64,000 nt of DNA from Minisyncoccota bacterium (GTDB lineage: Bacteria; Patescibacteriota; Minisyncoccia; UBA6257; 2-01-FULL-56-20), in the NCBI GenBank assembly GCA_035541435.1, contig DATKNL010000012.1:70498-134497 (forward strand). The letters run 5' to 3'. Every line of letters starts with the position of its first letter. Positions within the stretch are counted from its first letter, which is position 1. Both the position numbers and the translations under genes were made by a program. Of the stretch, positions 18,328-29,542 are shown in pieces. The notes under the pieces are model-generated. The model did no database searches and was not told the origin of the DNA. It worked only from the letters and a program-made list of their open reading frames with translations.

Positions 18328-18762
18328 TTAAACCGCATAGAGCCCGTCGAAGTCGGCGAAATAGGCGCCAACCGGCACCTGGACCTCGCCCATGACGAAC
18401 TTCTTGGCCGCCTCAAGCTGGCTCTCGTAATGGGCGCTCTCGTCCTGCGGGTTCGCAAACGCCTGCGACCCACCGTAGGCGCCGCAGTCGCGGTGGACCA
18501 TGAGGATCACGCGCTTCGCCTTGTGCATGTCGATCGAGGCCCTGATCTGGGCGAGGACGAAGTCGCGCTCCGGCGAACCGCCGCCGGCGAGCGCCTTCGC
18601 GCCGCCCGCGACCTTCACGAGGTCGATGTGGCTGACATGCTCATGCTTGCCGAACGCCTTGAGCAGCCGGTAGAAGCGGTCGTCGAAGCACCAGACGACG
18701 CAGGCATCGGCCTCATAGTGGGCCTGATCCGTCGCGAACGGCAATACGAGTCGTACGGGCAT
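18328..18762 (-). CDS. Small beta-class carbonic anhydrase-like protein
   Basis: Zinc-ligand motifs CFDDRF (Cx[DS]xR) and HRDCG (HxxC) as in small mycobacterial beta-CAs; start moved to MPVRL to avoid overlapping atpC. Confidence 0.5.
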   Translation of the reverse strand: MPVRLVLPFATDQAHYEADACVVWCFDDRFYRLLKAFGKHEHVSHIDLVKVAGGAKALAGGGSPERDFVLAQIRASIDMHKAKRVILMVHRDCGAYGGSQAFANPQDESAHYESQLEAAKKFVMGEVQVPVGAYFADFDGLYAV

Positions 18763-18784
18763 GGGTTCAGTATAGCAAGTTCCG

Positions 18785-19042
18785 TTATGCGTCGGCGTGC
18801 CCTTCCTCCACAAGGAGCATCGCCTGGTCCTGAGAATTCACCTCGAGGAATCCCGACCGGACCGGGATCCAGTGTTCGCGGCCGGCGCCGTCCGTGATCT
18901 TCACCGTCCCCTTCGCCAGGATCGAGATGATCGGCCGGTGATGGCTGAGGATCGTGATCTCCCCCGCCTGGGTGTTGCAGTTCACCGCGACGGCGTCGCC
19001 CCGGAAGAGCACCTTCTCGATGGAATAGACGCTCACGGTCAT
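18785..19042 (-). CDS. atpC: ATP synthase F1 epsilon subunit
   Basis: 85 aa; position after atpD and typical N-terminal beta-sandwich sequence. Confidence 0.85.
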   Translation of the reverse strand: MTVSVYSIEKVLFRGDAVAVNCNTQAGEITILSHHRPIISILAKGTVKITDGAGREHWIPVRSGFLEVNSQDQAMLLVEEGHADA

Positions 19043-19050
19043 CGCGGTTC

Positions 19051-20451
<1,401 letters not shown>

Positions 20452-20466
20452 TTAACGGCTTCTTGA

Positions 20467-21402
20467 CTATTGAAGCGCCTGCGCTCCCGACGCGATCTCG
20501 ATGAGCTGGCTCGTGATTGCCGCCTGTCGGGACTTATTATATTCGACGCCGAGGGTTTCGGAAAGCTCCGAGGCGTTGTCGGACGCGTTCTTCATGGCCA
20601 CGCGGCGGGCCGAATGCTCCGAGGCGTTCGCCTCGAGGATCATGTGATAGACGCGGATCTTGAGGAGCTTCGGCGCGAGTTCGGCGAGGACGGACGTCGG
20701 GTCGGGCTCGATGATGAAGTCGCGGTCGACGTTCCGCAGGAAGGCCTCGGCCTTGGCGAATTCGGAATAGCGCCCCGCGCGCGGGATCGTCTCTTCGATC
20801 GATTCCTTGACGTTGTCATAGGTCACCGGAAGGAACTCGCGCACGACCGCGTCCTGGCGGAGCGCCGTGACGAACGTCGTGAAGAACGCGAGGACATTGT
20901 CGAACTCGCCCCGCACGTAGCCGTCGATGAGGGTATCGGCGATCGGGTCGGCCTCGGTCTCGCGCACGACATCCCCCACGTGCGTGAAGGCCCGGACGAC
21001 GTTCAGGCCGCGGCGCTCGAGATAGGACCGCGCCTTCTGGCCGACGGCGATGAACGAATAGCGCGGATCGCGGGGGTCGATGCGGTTCTCGCGCACGTAC
21101 TGCTCGAACCGCCGGAGGACCGAGCTGTTGAACGAACCGGCAAGCCCCTTGTCGGAGGTCATGACGAGGAATGCGGTGCGGTGAACGGGCCGGGCGAGCA
21201 GGATCTCGGGGAGCTTCACGCCCTCGATGGCCGACAGCGTGCCGAGAAGCTCGAGCGCGGCATAGGAATACGGCCGCGACGTGAGCGCAAGCTCCTGGCT
21301 GCGCCGCATCTTGGTCGCGGCGACGAGCTCCATCGCCTTCGTGATCTGGCCGATGTTCTGCACGCTCCGCATCCGACGCTTGAGGCTCTGTCCTGATTCC
21401 AT
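20467..21402 (-). CDS. atpG: ATP synthase F1 gamma subunit
   Basis: 311 aa; conserved N-terminus RRMRSVQNIGQITKAMELVAATKMRR and C-terminal helix ITSQLIEIASGAQAL. Confidence 0.9.
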   Translation of the reverse strand: MESGQSLKRRMRSVQNIGQITKAMELVAATKMRRSQELALTSRPYSYAALELLGTLSAIEGVKLPEILLARPVHRTAFLVMTSDKGLAGSFNSSVLRRFEQYVRENRIDPRDPRYSFIAVGQKARSYLERRGLNVVRAFTHVGDVVRETEADPIADTLIDGYVRGEFDNVLAFFTTFVTALRQDAVVREFLPVTYDNVKESIEETIPRAGRYSEFAKAEAFLRNVDRDFIIEPDPTSVLAELAPKLLKIRVYHMILEANASEHSARRVAMKNASDNASELSETLGVEYNKSRQAAITSQLIEIASGAQALQ

Positions 21403-21421
21403 GCTTGTGGGTGATGAGTGG

Positions 21422-22966
21422 TTATTGGTCCATGCCCGGCCGCTCCGCGACGAAGCGCGACAGCGCCTCTTTCAGCGCGTTCTCGGTGCTTTCGGGGAAC
21501 TCGCCGGTCTCGCGGATCGGGCGCAGGACGTCGTTCTCGTGCAGCCGCTCGAGGTAGTCGACGAGCGACCGTTCGGCCTTCTTCACGTTCGCGGCGTCGA
21601 TCGACTCGAAATAGCCGTTCAGGACCGCATAGAAGACGCAGACCTGCATCTCGACCGGCATGGGCGCGAGGTCGTCCTGCTTGAGGATCTCGTTGATCTT
21701 CTGTCCCTGCGCGATGCGCTTCTTGGTCGATTCGTCGACGTCCGTCGCGAACTGCACGAACGCCTGAAGCTCGCGGAACTGCGCGTGGGCGAGCTTCAGC
21801 TTGCCGGCGACCTTCTTCATCGCCTTCGTCTGCGCCGACGAGCCGACGCGCGACACCGAGATGCCGACGTTCAGCGCCGGCCGCTGGCCCTGGTTGAAGA
21901 GGTCCGTCTCGAGGAAGATCTGGCCGTCGGTGATCGAGATGATGTTCGTCGGGATGTAGGCCGTCACGTCGCCCAGCTGGGTCTCGACGATCGGGAGCGC
22001 CGTGAGCGATCCGCCGCCCTTCTCGCGCGAGAGCTTGGCCGCGCGCTCGAGCAGGCGCGAGTGCAGATAGAAGACGTCGCCCGGATAGGCTTCGCGGCCC
22101 GGCGGGCGGCGGAGCAGGAGCGAAATCTGGCGATACGCCCATGCGTGCTTCGAAAGGTCGTCATAGACGATGAGCGCGTCCATCCCCTTGTCGCGGAAGT
22201 ATTCGCCGATCGCGCAGCCCGCGTAGGGCGCGAGGTACCACTGCGCGGCGGGCGACGACGCCGAGGCGGCGACGATGATGGAATATTTCAACGCGTCGTA
22301 CTTCCGCAGGGTTTCGGCGATCCTCACGATCTTCGACTCCTTCTGGCCGATCGCGACATAGATGCAGATCGGCGTGCGGCGGCCCTGGTCGTTCTTCTGG
22401 TTGAGGATCGCGTCGAGCGCGATGGCGGTCTTGCCGGTCGAACGGTCGCCGATGATGAGCTCGCGCTGGCCGCGGCCGATCGGGATCATCGCGTCGATCG
22501 CCTTGATGCCGGTATGCACCGGCGTGTTCACGGACTCGCGCTCGAGGACCGACGGCGCGCGCGCCTCGAGGTTGTTGCGCTGCGGCGCGCCGCCCTTCCT
22601 GAAGATCGGTCCCAGGCCGTCGAGCGGCTCGCCGAGGGGGCTCACCACGCGGCCGACAAGCTCGTCGCCGACCTCGATCGAAAGGACCTCGCCCGTGCGC
22701 TTCACGGTGTTGCCGACCTCGATCGCCAGGAAGTCGCCGAGGACGAGCGCGCCGATCGACTCCTCCTCGAGGTTGAGGGCGAGCGCGGTGCGCGGGCCTT
22801 TCGGCGTTTCAATGTTCAAAATTTCCTGGCTGACCGCGTTGCGCAGGCCGAGGATCCGGACGATCCCGTCGCCCACCTCGATGACGCGGCCGACTTCGGC
22901 CCATTCGGGTTTCTCCTTATATCCCTCTATTTCGCGCTTCAGTTTTTCGATGATGTCGTAGGACAT
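21422..22966 (-). CDS. atpA: ATP synthase F1 alpha subunit
   Basis: 514 aa; Walker A GDRSTGKT, conserved alpha-subunit sequence. Confidence 0.95.
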   Translation of the reverse strand: MSYDIIEKLKREIEGYKEKPEWAEVGRVIEVGDGIVRILGLRNAVSQEILNIETPKGPRTALALNLEEESIGALVLGDFLAIEVGNTVKRTGEVLSIEVGDELVGRVVSPLGEPLDGLGPIFRKGGAPQRNNLEARAPSVLERESVNTPVHTGIKAIDAMIPIGRGQRELIIGDRSTGKTAIALDAILNQKNDQGRRTPICIYVAIGQKESKIVRIAETLRKYDALKYSIIVAASASSPAAQWYLAPYAGCAIGEYFRDKGMDALIVYDDLSKHAWAYRQISLLLRRPPGREAYPGDVFYLHSRLLERAAKLSREKGGGSLTALPIVETQLGDVTAYIPTNIISITDGQIFLETDLFNQGQRPALNVGISVSRVGSSAQTKAMKKVAGKLKLAHAQFRELQAFVQFATDVDESTKKRIAQGQKINEILKQDDLAPMPVEMQVCVFYAVLNGYFESIDAANVKKAERSLVDYLERLHENDVLRPIRETGEFPESTENALKEALSRFVAERPGMDQ

Positions 22967-22972
22967 GGGCCG

Positions 22973-23365
22973 TTAGTGTGTGTTGAATATGGTATCAAGC
23001 TTCCCCTTGAGCGATGCATCGAACTGCAGCTCGTCATTCACCGTGATGCGGACGCCGGCGATGAGCTGCGGGTCCGTGATCCGCTCGACGACATCGGTCG
23101 GCGTGAGGAACCGTGCGAGCTCCTTTTCCTGCGCAGGCGTCAGCCGCCGCGCCGCCGCAACCGTCACCTTGCGGACGCCGCTCGCGCCGCGCGCGAGCCG
23201 GGCCGCATGCTCGACGATGTTCGTGAGGTGCGCCTCGTCGCCGTTCCTGCGCACCAGCGCGAGGAAGTTCTTCGCGATCCGCGACGACTGCTCGGGGGTG
23301 AGCTTCGGCGAATCGGCGATCACTTCGGCGAGCGCCTTCGCGTAGATGTGGGCGGAGTATCTCAT
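22973..23365 (-). CDS. atpH: ATP synthase F1 delta subunit (short)
   Basis: 130 aa; OSCP-like, operon position between atpF and atpA. Confidence 0.75.
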   Translation of the reverse strand: MRYSAHIYAKALAEVIADSPKLTPEQSSRIAKNFLALVRRNGDEAHLTNIVEHAARLARGASGVRKVTVAAARRLTPAQEKELARFLTPTDVVERITDPQLIAGVRITVNDELQFDASLKGKLDTIFNTH

Positions 23366-23868
23366 GGCTGTGATGCGCCCGCCTCCTTGACCGCGCGCGC
23401 GATCAGGGCGTCGTCGATGTCCTTCGGCGCAAGCTCAACCGTCTTCGCGATCGCCCGGCGGATCATGGCGACCGCCTCCTGCTCCATGCCCTGACGCGAC
23501 TCCTCTTCGAGGGACTTGAGGCGCGCCTGGGCCGCCGCAAGCTCCTCGGCCTCCTTGCGCCGGGCTTCGGCGAGCATCCTCTCTTCGAGCTCCCTGGCCC
23601 GCGTCTCGGTCCGCTTGAGGATCGCGACCGCCTCGCCCTCCCCTTCGCGGATCTTCGCCATGCGTACCGCATCGGCCTCGACGAGGCGCCGGTCGGCCTC
23701 CGCGGCCTTCTCGAGCCCCGCTTCGATCCGTTCGCGGCGCTCGCGCATGAGGGCGAGCAGCGGCTTATAGGCGAACGCCCGGAGCGCGATGAGCAGCAGC
23801 GCGAAATTCACCGCCTGCGAGATGAGGAGGTGCCAGTCGATGCCGAGTTGGGAAATGAGTTCCTGCAT
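23362..23868 (-). CDS. atpF: ATP synthase Fo b subunit
   Basis: 168 aa; single N-terminal TM then long charged coiled coil. Confidence 0.8.
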   Translation of the reverse strand: MQELISQLGIDWHLLISQAVNFALLLIALRAFAYKPLLALMRERRERIEAGLEKAAEADRRLVEADAVRMAKIREGEGEAVAILKRTETRARELEERMLAEARRKEAEELAAAQARLKSLEEESRQGMEQEAVAMIRRAIAKTVELAPKDIDDALIARAVKEAGASQP

Positions 23869-23909
23869 GCTGGGGTTTCGTGCGACTGCCGACGGACGGG
23901 ATGCGGGGC

Positions 23910-24140
23910 TTACGAGACGAACTTGATGATGAGCGCCATGACAAGCGCATAGATCGCGATGGCTTCGGCGAACGCGATGGCGAGAATCGCCATGGTCTGC
24001 ACTTTCGATGCGGCCTCGGGGTTGCGGCCGATCGCGTCGACCGCCTTCGAGCCGATGAGGCCGATGGCGAGCGCAGGCATGATGGTACCCATGCCGATCG
24101 CGGCTGCGGTTGCAAGCAAGCGGATGCTGGTGGTGTCCAT
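23910..24140 (-). CDS. atpE: ATP synthase Fo c subunit
   Basis: Track ORF trimmed to MDTTSIRLLATAAAIGMGTI...; hairpin of two TM helices with conserved acidic residue (AFAEAIAIYALVMA). Confidence 0.85.
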   Translation of the reverse strand: MDTTSIRLLATAAAIGMGTIMPALAIGLIGSKAVDAIGRNPEAASKVQTMAILAIAFAEAIAIYALVMALIIKFVS

Positions 24141-24156
24141 GAAGGGTTGTCGTTGG

Positions 24157-24915
24157 TTAATGGGTTGCGACCTTTGCGTCGTGTCCTGCGTCATGAGGGG
24201 TGATGGCCATCGCCACGAAGACGAGCGTCAGCATGCCGAAGATGAAGGCCTGGATGAACCCCACGAAGATCTCGAGGAACATGAAGGGAAGCGGCACGAG
24301 GTAGGGCACGAGGAACGCCATGATGGCGAGCAGCACCTCGCCCGCGAACACATTCCCGAAAAGACGGAACGAGAACGAGATAATTCTAGCAAACTCGCCC
24401 ACGAGTTCAAGGATCCCGATGAAGAAGTCGATCGGCCCCGTGAAGTTGAGGAAGACCCCGAGGCGCCCGCGCAGGCCGACGGCCGCGGCGCCGACGACGT
24501 TCACGAAGGTCACGGCGATGAGCGCGAGCGCGAGGGTGAAGTTGAGGTCGCTCGCCGGCGAGCGCAGCAGGGGCACGGAACCGCTCCCCTCCCGGACCAC
24601 GATCGAGCTCACGCCGGGCAGGAGGCCCGACCAGTTCGAGATGAGCACGAAGAGGAAGATCGTGAAGACGAGGGGCAGGTACCGTTCCGACGTGCGCCGG
24701 TCGCCGAGGACCGAATCCATGAGCCCGAGCGCCCCCTCGAGGATCATCTCGAACAGGTTCTGCAGGGCCCCGGGAACGAGCTTGATGGTCTCGCGCAGGT
24801 GATAGGCCAGGCCGGCCAGAAAGAGCAGGACGAGCGTCGAAAGCAGGACCGCGTTCGTCACGGGCCATCCAGCGATCCGGAAAACCTGCTCGGCCTTCAG
24901 GGAAATTTCGAGCAT
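24157..24915 (-). CDS. atpB: ATP synthase Fo a subunit
   Basis: Conserved C-terminal helices incl. LSFRLFGNVFAGEVLL; track start at 24945 is a TTG, ATG at 24915 chosen. Confidence 0.85.
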   Translation of the reverse strand: MLEISLKAEQVFRIAGWPVTNAVLLSTLVLLFLAGLAYHLRETIKLVPGALQNLFEMILEGALGLMDSVLGDRRTSERYLPLVFTIFLFVLISNWSGLLPGVSSIVVREGSGSVPLLRSPASDLNFTLALALIAVTFVNVVGAAAVGLRGRLGVFLNFTGPIDFFIGILELVGEFARIISFSFRLFGNVFAGEVLLAIMAFLVPYLVPLPFMFLEIFVGFIQAFIFGMLTLVFVAMAITPHDAGHDAKVATH

Positions 24916-24963
24916 ACGGGGATAGTATAGCAGAACCTCCCGCAATTGTCAGCGTGCCGGGCT

Positions 24964-27900
24964 TCAGGGGTACTGATAGGCGCCCCGGTCCCAGGCGGAC
25001 GGACTGCGGACGCTTCCCCGCAGGTCGGTGTCGAAGGGCGCCGCGAGCGGCACCCCGTCATTCAGGTGCGGCAGGAGCGTGTCGCTCGTGAGCCTGAAAT
25101 CCTTCGCGGCGTCAGACACGAAGGGGTCGGCCGTCGACGACGGCTGATAGGAATCGTGCGGGCCGGCGAGCGCGGTCCCGCTGTGAATCCTGCCGATCAC
25201 CGTGTTGTAGTCCTCGAACGAACCGGCGCCCGCGGGCATGAAGACGTAGCGGCTGGTCGATCCGCCGTTCGGGAAATAGAACAGGTTGTTCTCGACGGTG
25301 CCGAACGAGCGCGGGCTCACGAGGACGATCCCGTCGTGAAGCGAGTTCATGTCCGCGAACGTATTGCCATAGAAGAAGCCGTTCGTCGTGTCGTTCGCGC
25401 CGTTGTCGTCGCCGATGTCGGCGCTCACGCCGCAGCGGGGACCGATGGCCGGATTGGGGCTCGCAAGCGCGGCCTGCGAGCAGAAGAAGACGTTGTTGAC
25501 CACATAAAGATGGTCCATCACGATGTCGCTCGTCTGGGCGCCGGTCGAGTTGATCACGGCGGTTCCGGTGATGTCCTCCCAGATGTCGTCGACGAAATAG
25601 GTCTGCGACGTCGCCTCGTTCGCGTTATAGCCGTTCTGATGGTTCGTCGCCGTGCTCCTCGTCTTCGCAAAGTAATTGCGGTCGAAATGGCAGTCGATGC
25701 AGCCGATGACGTTGATGCCTCCGGTGAAGTCGTGCATGTACGAGTCGTCGACATAGATGCTGTTCGCGAGCGACGACGCCCCATAGGCCGATCCATAGAT
25801 GCCGATCGGGCCGTTGCCGCCCCCGTTCAGCGTGACGTAGGTCTGCGGGGTCGTGACGAGGGTCTCGTCGGAACCCGCCTGGGCATAGCTCACCGTCGTC
25901 CCGTTCACGGACGTGAGCGTCACGCCGTAGCCCGAGGACCCGGTGTTGAAATCCGTCGTCGATGCGCTATAGAGGTCGATGCGGTCCCCCGCCACCCAGG
26001 CCGGCGCTCCGGCAAGCGTGAGCGTGACGACGCCCGCCGCACGGTGCCCCGCGACGACGACCTCGCCGTACTGCGACGAGACGCCGTCGTACTCGATGTG
26101 CTTCAGCGTCACATTCGTGATCGCGCCGCCGCCGCATCCCGAGCTGTAGCCCACGTCGACGAACGTCGTGTGGTTGATCGTGCGCAGGACGATGCCATAG
26201 GGCCCGTTCGTGCTCGGTGTCACGGCCGGCGTCACGCCGTCGATCAGATAGTTGCTGCCGCAGATCATGAAGAAGTTCGCCGCCGGCTTCTGCGGGTCGG
26301 CGTTGGCCGTCTGCGTGAAGACGGCCTGATTCGTCCCGTACGATCCCTGCCAGCCGGCCACGCGTTCGGGGCTGCCCGGGCCGCCTGCGACCGCCTTATA
26401 GATGCGGACCGGCTTGTCGGGCGTGCAGTTCGTGTTCCACGTATGTCCGCCGGTCGTATAGTCGAACGTCCCGCCGGCGACATAATAGGTGACGCCGCAG
26501 GTGAGCGCCTGCGGGAAGTCGGCATAGGCGTTGTTCCAATCGAGGCCGCGGCGCGTGCCGGTCCCGCCCGAAACGACATAGCAGCTGCCCTGCTTCTCGC
26601 ACGACTGGTTGACGGACGTGAAGGCGGCGACCGACATGTTCCAATAATCGGCGAATCCCGAAACCGCGGTCGCGGCATAGCTGCCGGCGGATCCCGCGAC
26701 CATGTCCTCGAAGAATCCCCGGTCATAGAGCGACGACGAGGTCGAGAGCCGCATCGTGAATCCGGTCCCCGGCGTGAACGTCCCCGAGCTCTTGCTCGCA
26801 TTGCCGCCGAAACCGAGGATGAGCTCGCCCGGACCGACGGTCACGACCGCGGGCGACGCGAGCGCCGTGATCTTCGAAGCGGGATTCGGGCTGGTCGATG
26901 CCGCGTCGAAGGGTTCGAGCTGGCTCAGTCCGGCGTATTCGGCGCAGATCAGCGCGCCGCGCGGGCTGTTGTCGGGCTGGACCTGGATGACGTCGGACGA
27001 TCCTGCGCCCGCGACCGCATACCACACCGTGACGTTGCCGAGGGCGGGCGACGTGCCGTTCCACACCTGTTTTTTCGTAAAGGCCGAACCGAGCGAATCG
27101 CTCACCGCCGGCACGTTGTTGTAACTCGATTCCTGGAACACGGCGATGATGAGGTCGCCCGCGTGCACCGGCTGATTGAGCGAGCATTGATAGGTGGAAC
27201 CGAAGACGCCCCATGACGCGTTGCCCTGCACGAACGAGATGCCGCCGGGCGTCGGGTTGGGTGTCGGGGTCGGGGTCGGGGTCGGCGTCGGACCCGATCC
27301 GGCGTTCCCAACGGTGACCGCGACCGTGCGCGACGTTGCCCGGTTGCCGGCCGCGTCGAAGGCGACCGCTTGCAGCGCATGCGATCCGTTCGCGGCGCCG
27401 GTCGTGTTCCACGAGAACGCATACGGCGGGACGGCGACCGCGCTGCCGAGGTTCGCTCCGTCGAGCACCCACTGCACCTGCGTCACACCGACGTTGTCGG
27501 ATGCCGCAGCCGCAAGGCTCACGACGCCCGAAAGCGAAGCTCCCTGGGCCGGTGCTGTGACCGAGATGATGGGAGGAATCGTGTCAGCCGGCGTTCCGCC
27601 GCCACCGCCCGATCCCCCGCCGGAATTCCCGCCGCCACCTCCGCCCGTCGAACCGCCGCCTGATCCGCCCCCGCCGCCTCCCGTCGAAGGCGTCGGCGTT
27701 CCGGACGGAGTCGGCGTCGGTATGGGCGTCGGGGTCGGCCCGGACGGCGCGGGCGCATCAAGGATCGCGATATCGGCGTTCATCGCTGCGAGCGTGCGCG
27801 GACCGACCGCGCCATAGCCGTTCGTGAGGGGCGCACCCGAGCAGACGATCCCGCGCGCGCACTGATAGCGCGCCACGGCAGCCTGCGTCGCGGCGTCATA

Positions 27901-28545
27901 GGCTCCGGTCGGATAGGTGTTCGGCAGATATCCCTCGTGAACAAGGAACGTCTGAATGCGCGCGACGTTCGTCGTGTCCGACGATCCCGGCCGGAGCGTT
28001 GCCGTCACATAGGCAAACGGCGTGCCCGGTCCGGGGGGCGGCGTTCCCTGCCCCGTTCCCGATCCCGATCCCGCCTGCAGCGCGGCGAGCTTGGCCTCGA
28101 GGGCGAGAAGCTGCGCTTCAAGGGACTGGATGAGCGCCAACAGGCTCGACGTCGATGCCGACGACGTTCCGCCGCCTGCCGGCGCGGCGGCGAGCTGGGC
28201 GTTGATCGATGCGCGCGTGCGCGGCCCGACCCATCCATAGCCGAGGCCGCCCGGGCAGACGATGCCGTTCGCGCACTGATAGCCGCCGACGGCCTGCATG
28301 GTCGCCGCGTCATAGGCGCCCGAAACGAACCCGCCCGCCGGCGCAAAGCCGTGGGCGGCAAGGAAGTCCTGCAACGTGGCGACCGATGCGTCGTCGGTGC
28401 TGCCGGGCGCAAGATTGGACGTCAGGCTCCCTGCGGCGCGGGCGCGAGGGGCGCCTGCGGTGAGCACGGCCGCCGTGAGCGCCGCAACGACGGCGCCTGC
28501 AGCGAACAGGCCGAGAATTATCGCAAGGGTAGGGCGATTTCGCAT
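24964..28545 (-). CDS. Large exported surface protein: signal peptide, 2x peptidoglycan-binding (PG_binding_1-like) domains, Gly/Ser and Pro-Thr linkers, Ig-like domain, C-terminal right-handed parallel beta-helix (pectate-lyase-fold)
   Basis: 1193 aa; repeats LQDFLAAHGF...AYDAATMQAVGGYQCANGIV and IQTFLVHEGY...AYDAATQAAVARYQCARGIV; Ig-like VSLAAAASDNVGVTQVQWVLDG; beta-helix repeats near C-terminus (NNLFYFPNGG). Confidence 0.7.
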   Translation of the reverse strand: MRNRPTLAIILGLFAAGAVVAALTAAVLTAGAPRARAAGSLTSNLAPGSTDDASVATLQDFLAAHGFAPAGGFVSGAYDAATMQAVGGYQCANGIVCPGGLGYGWVGPRTRASINAQLAAAPAGGGTSSASTSSLLALIQSLEAQLLALEAKLAALQAGSGSGTGQGTPPPGPGTPFAYVTATLRPGSSDTTNVARIQTFLVHEGYLPNTYPTGAYDAATQAAVARYQCARGIVCSGAPLTNGYGAVGPRTLAAMNADIAILDAPAPSGPTPTPIPTPTPSGTPTPSTGGGGGGSGGGSTGGGGGGNSGGGSGGGGGTPADTIPPIISVTAPAQGASLSGVVSLAAAASDNVGVTQVQWVLDGANLGSAVAVPPYAFSWNTTGAANGSHALQAVAFDAAGNRATSRTVAVTVGNAGSGPTPTPTPTPTPNPTPGGISFVQGNASWGVFGSTYQCSLNQPVHAGDLIIAVFQESSYNNVPAVSDSLGSAFTKKQVWNGTSPALGNVTVWYAVAGAGSSDVIQVQPDNSPRGALICAEYAGLSQLEPFDAASTSPNPASKITALASPAVVTVGPGELILGFGGNASKSSGTFTPGTGFTMRLSTSSSLYDRGFFEDMVAGSAGSYAATAVSGFADYWNMSVAAFTSVNQSCEKQGSCYVVSGGTGTRRGLDWNNAYADFPQALTCGVTYYVAGGTFDYTTGGHTWNTNCTPDKPVRIYKAVAGGPGSPERVAGWQGSYGTNQAVFTQTANADPQKPAANFFMICGSNYLIDGVTPAVTPSTNGPYGIVLRTINHTTFVDVGYSSGCGGGAITNVTLKHIEYDGVSSQYGEVVVAGHRAAGVVTLTLAGAPAWVAGDRIDLYSASTTDFNTGSSGYGVTLTSVNGTTVSYAQAGSDETLVTTPQTYVTLNGGGNGPIGIYGSAYGASSLANSIYVDDSYMHDFTGGINVIGCIDCHFDRNYFAKTRSTATNHQNGYNANEATSQTYFVDDIWEDITGTAVINSTGAQTSDIVMDHLYVVNNVFFCSQAALASPNPAIGPRCGVSADIGDDNGANDTTNGFFYGNTFADMNSLHDGIVLVSPRSFGTVENNLFYFPNGGSTSRYVFMPAGAGSFEDYNTVIGRIHSGTALAGPHDSYQPSSTADPFVSDAAKDFRLTSDTLLPHLNDGVPLAAPFDTDLRGSVRSPSAWDRGAYQYP
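27251..27292. repeat. GGGGTC/GGTGTC hexanucleotide microsatellite encoding (PT)n linker inside the large surface protein gene
   Basis: gtcgggttgggtgtcggggtcggggtcggggtcggcgtcgg read directly. Confidence 0.6.
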
Positions 28546-28590
28546 CTCCGTCCCTCTATTATATCACCTTCCGTGCGCACGGGCCGCGCG

Positions 28591-29502
28591 CTACGGCGAA
28601 ACGCCGTCGAGGCAGACGTTGAACGCCTCGACCTCGTCGTTATATTGCGCGACTTCCTGCTTGAGCTGCGCGCCGAAGGCGTTGTACTGGGTGGCGAGCG
28701 CGTTATAGGCCGCGACTTTGTCGTTGTAGTCCTCGCCGTATTTCGGCTGCTCTGCGTTTATCGCCGCGTTCTGCTCCGCAAGCGTCGACGCCATCTGGTT
28801 GAGCTGCGCCTCGCCGTTGTCGATCGTCACCTTGAGCGCCGGGTCGGGTTCGGGACAGTCCGACGCCGGACGGCCGAACACCTGAACGGCGATCCATGTC
28901 GACTGGCCCTCATAGACGCCTTTGCGCACGGCGACGCCGATCTCGGTATACTGCCGGCTCAGGATGTTCTCGCGGTGACCCTCGCTCGCCATCCACGCGT
29001 TCACGACGTCCTGGTCACCCGCGAAGTTGCCGAGCGCGAGGTTCTCGCCAAGGGCGAGATAGGCGTAGTTCACGTCGCTCGCAACCGTAAGCGCGCTCTC
29101 GCCCGTCGGCGAAACGTGCGCGAAGTACTGCTTGGCGAACATGTCGTCGAGCCGCAGCAGCGCGACGTCGTCGAGGATCTGGTTCTCGGCGAGCGGCGGC
29201 AGCGGCGTCGACGTCGCGGTTGCGCGCTCGACGTTCGTGTCGTCGATCACGCCCTCGATGGTCAGCACGCCGGCGCCCGACGCGAATCCCTTCGTGCCGG
29301 TCGCCGCCAAAGGCGGTGGCGCCGCGAACTGCTTCTCGGCCTGGGTCACCGCGAACTGCCCGATCGAGTCGGACAGGATCGAGAACTCGTTGATCGACGT
29401 GTAATGGAAGAACAGCCACAGCCCGACGCCCGAGCCCGCGATCACGACGGCAAGCAGGATCAGTCGATTCCTTGCGCGCTGCCGGTAATGGTCCTCGTTC
29501 AT
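28591..29502 (-). CDS. Membrane-anchored CAP/SCP/PR-1-like (YkwD-type) domain protein with C-terminal coiled coil
   Basis: 303 aa; N-terminal TM LILLAVVIAGSGVGLWLFF; CAP motifs NAWMASEGHRENIL...YTEIGVAV...WIAVQVFG; C-terminal heptad-rich QLNQMASTLAEQNAAINAEQ...QYNDEVEAFN. Confidence 0.65.
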   Translation of the reverse strand: MNEDHYRQRARNRLILLAVVIAGSGVGLWLFFHYTSINEFSILSDSIGQFAVTQAEKQFAAPPPLAATGTKGFASGAGVLTIEGVIDDTNVERATATSTPLPPLAENQILDDVALLRLDDMFAKQYFAHVSPTGESALTVASDVNYAYLALGENLALGNFAGDQDVVNAWMASEGHRENILSRQYTEIGVAVRKGVYEGQSTWIAVQVFGRPASDCPEPDPALKVTIDNGEAQLNQMASTLAEQNAAINAEQPKYGEDYNDKVAAYNALATQYNAFGAQLKQEVAQYNDEVEAFNVCLDGVSP

Positions 29503-29542
29503 GGGTCGTTTCGGGCGGTGCGGGGAGCGCGTCGGCGGACGG

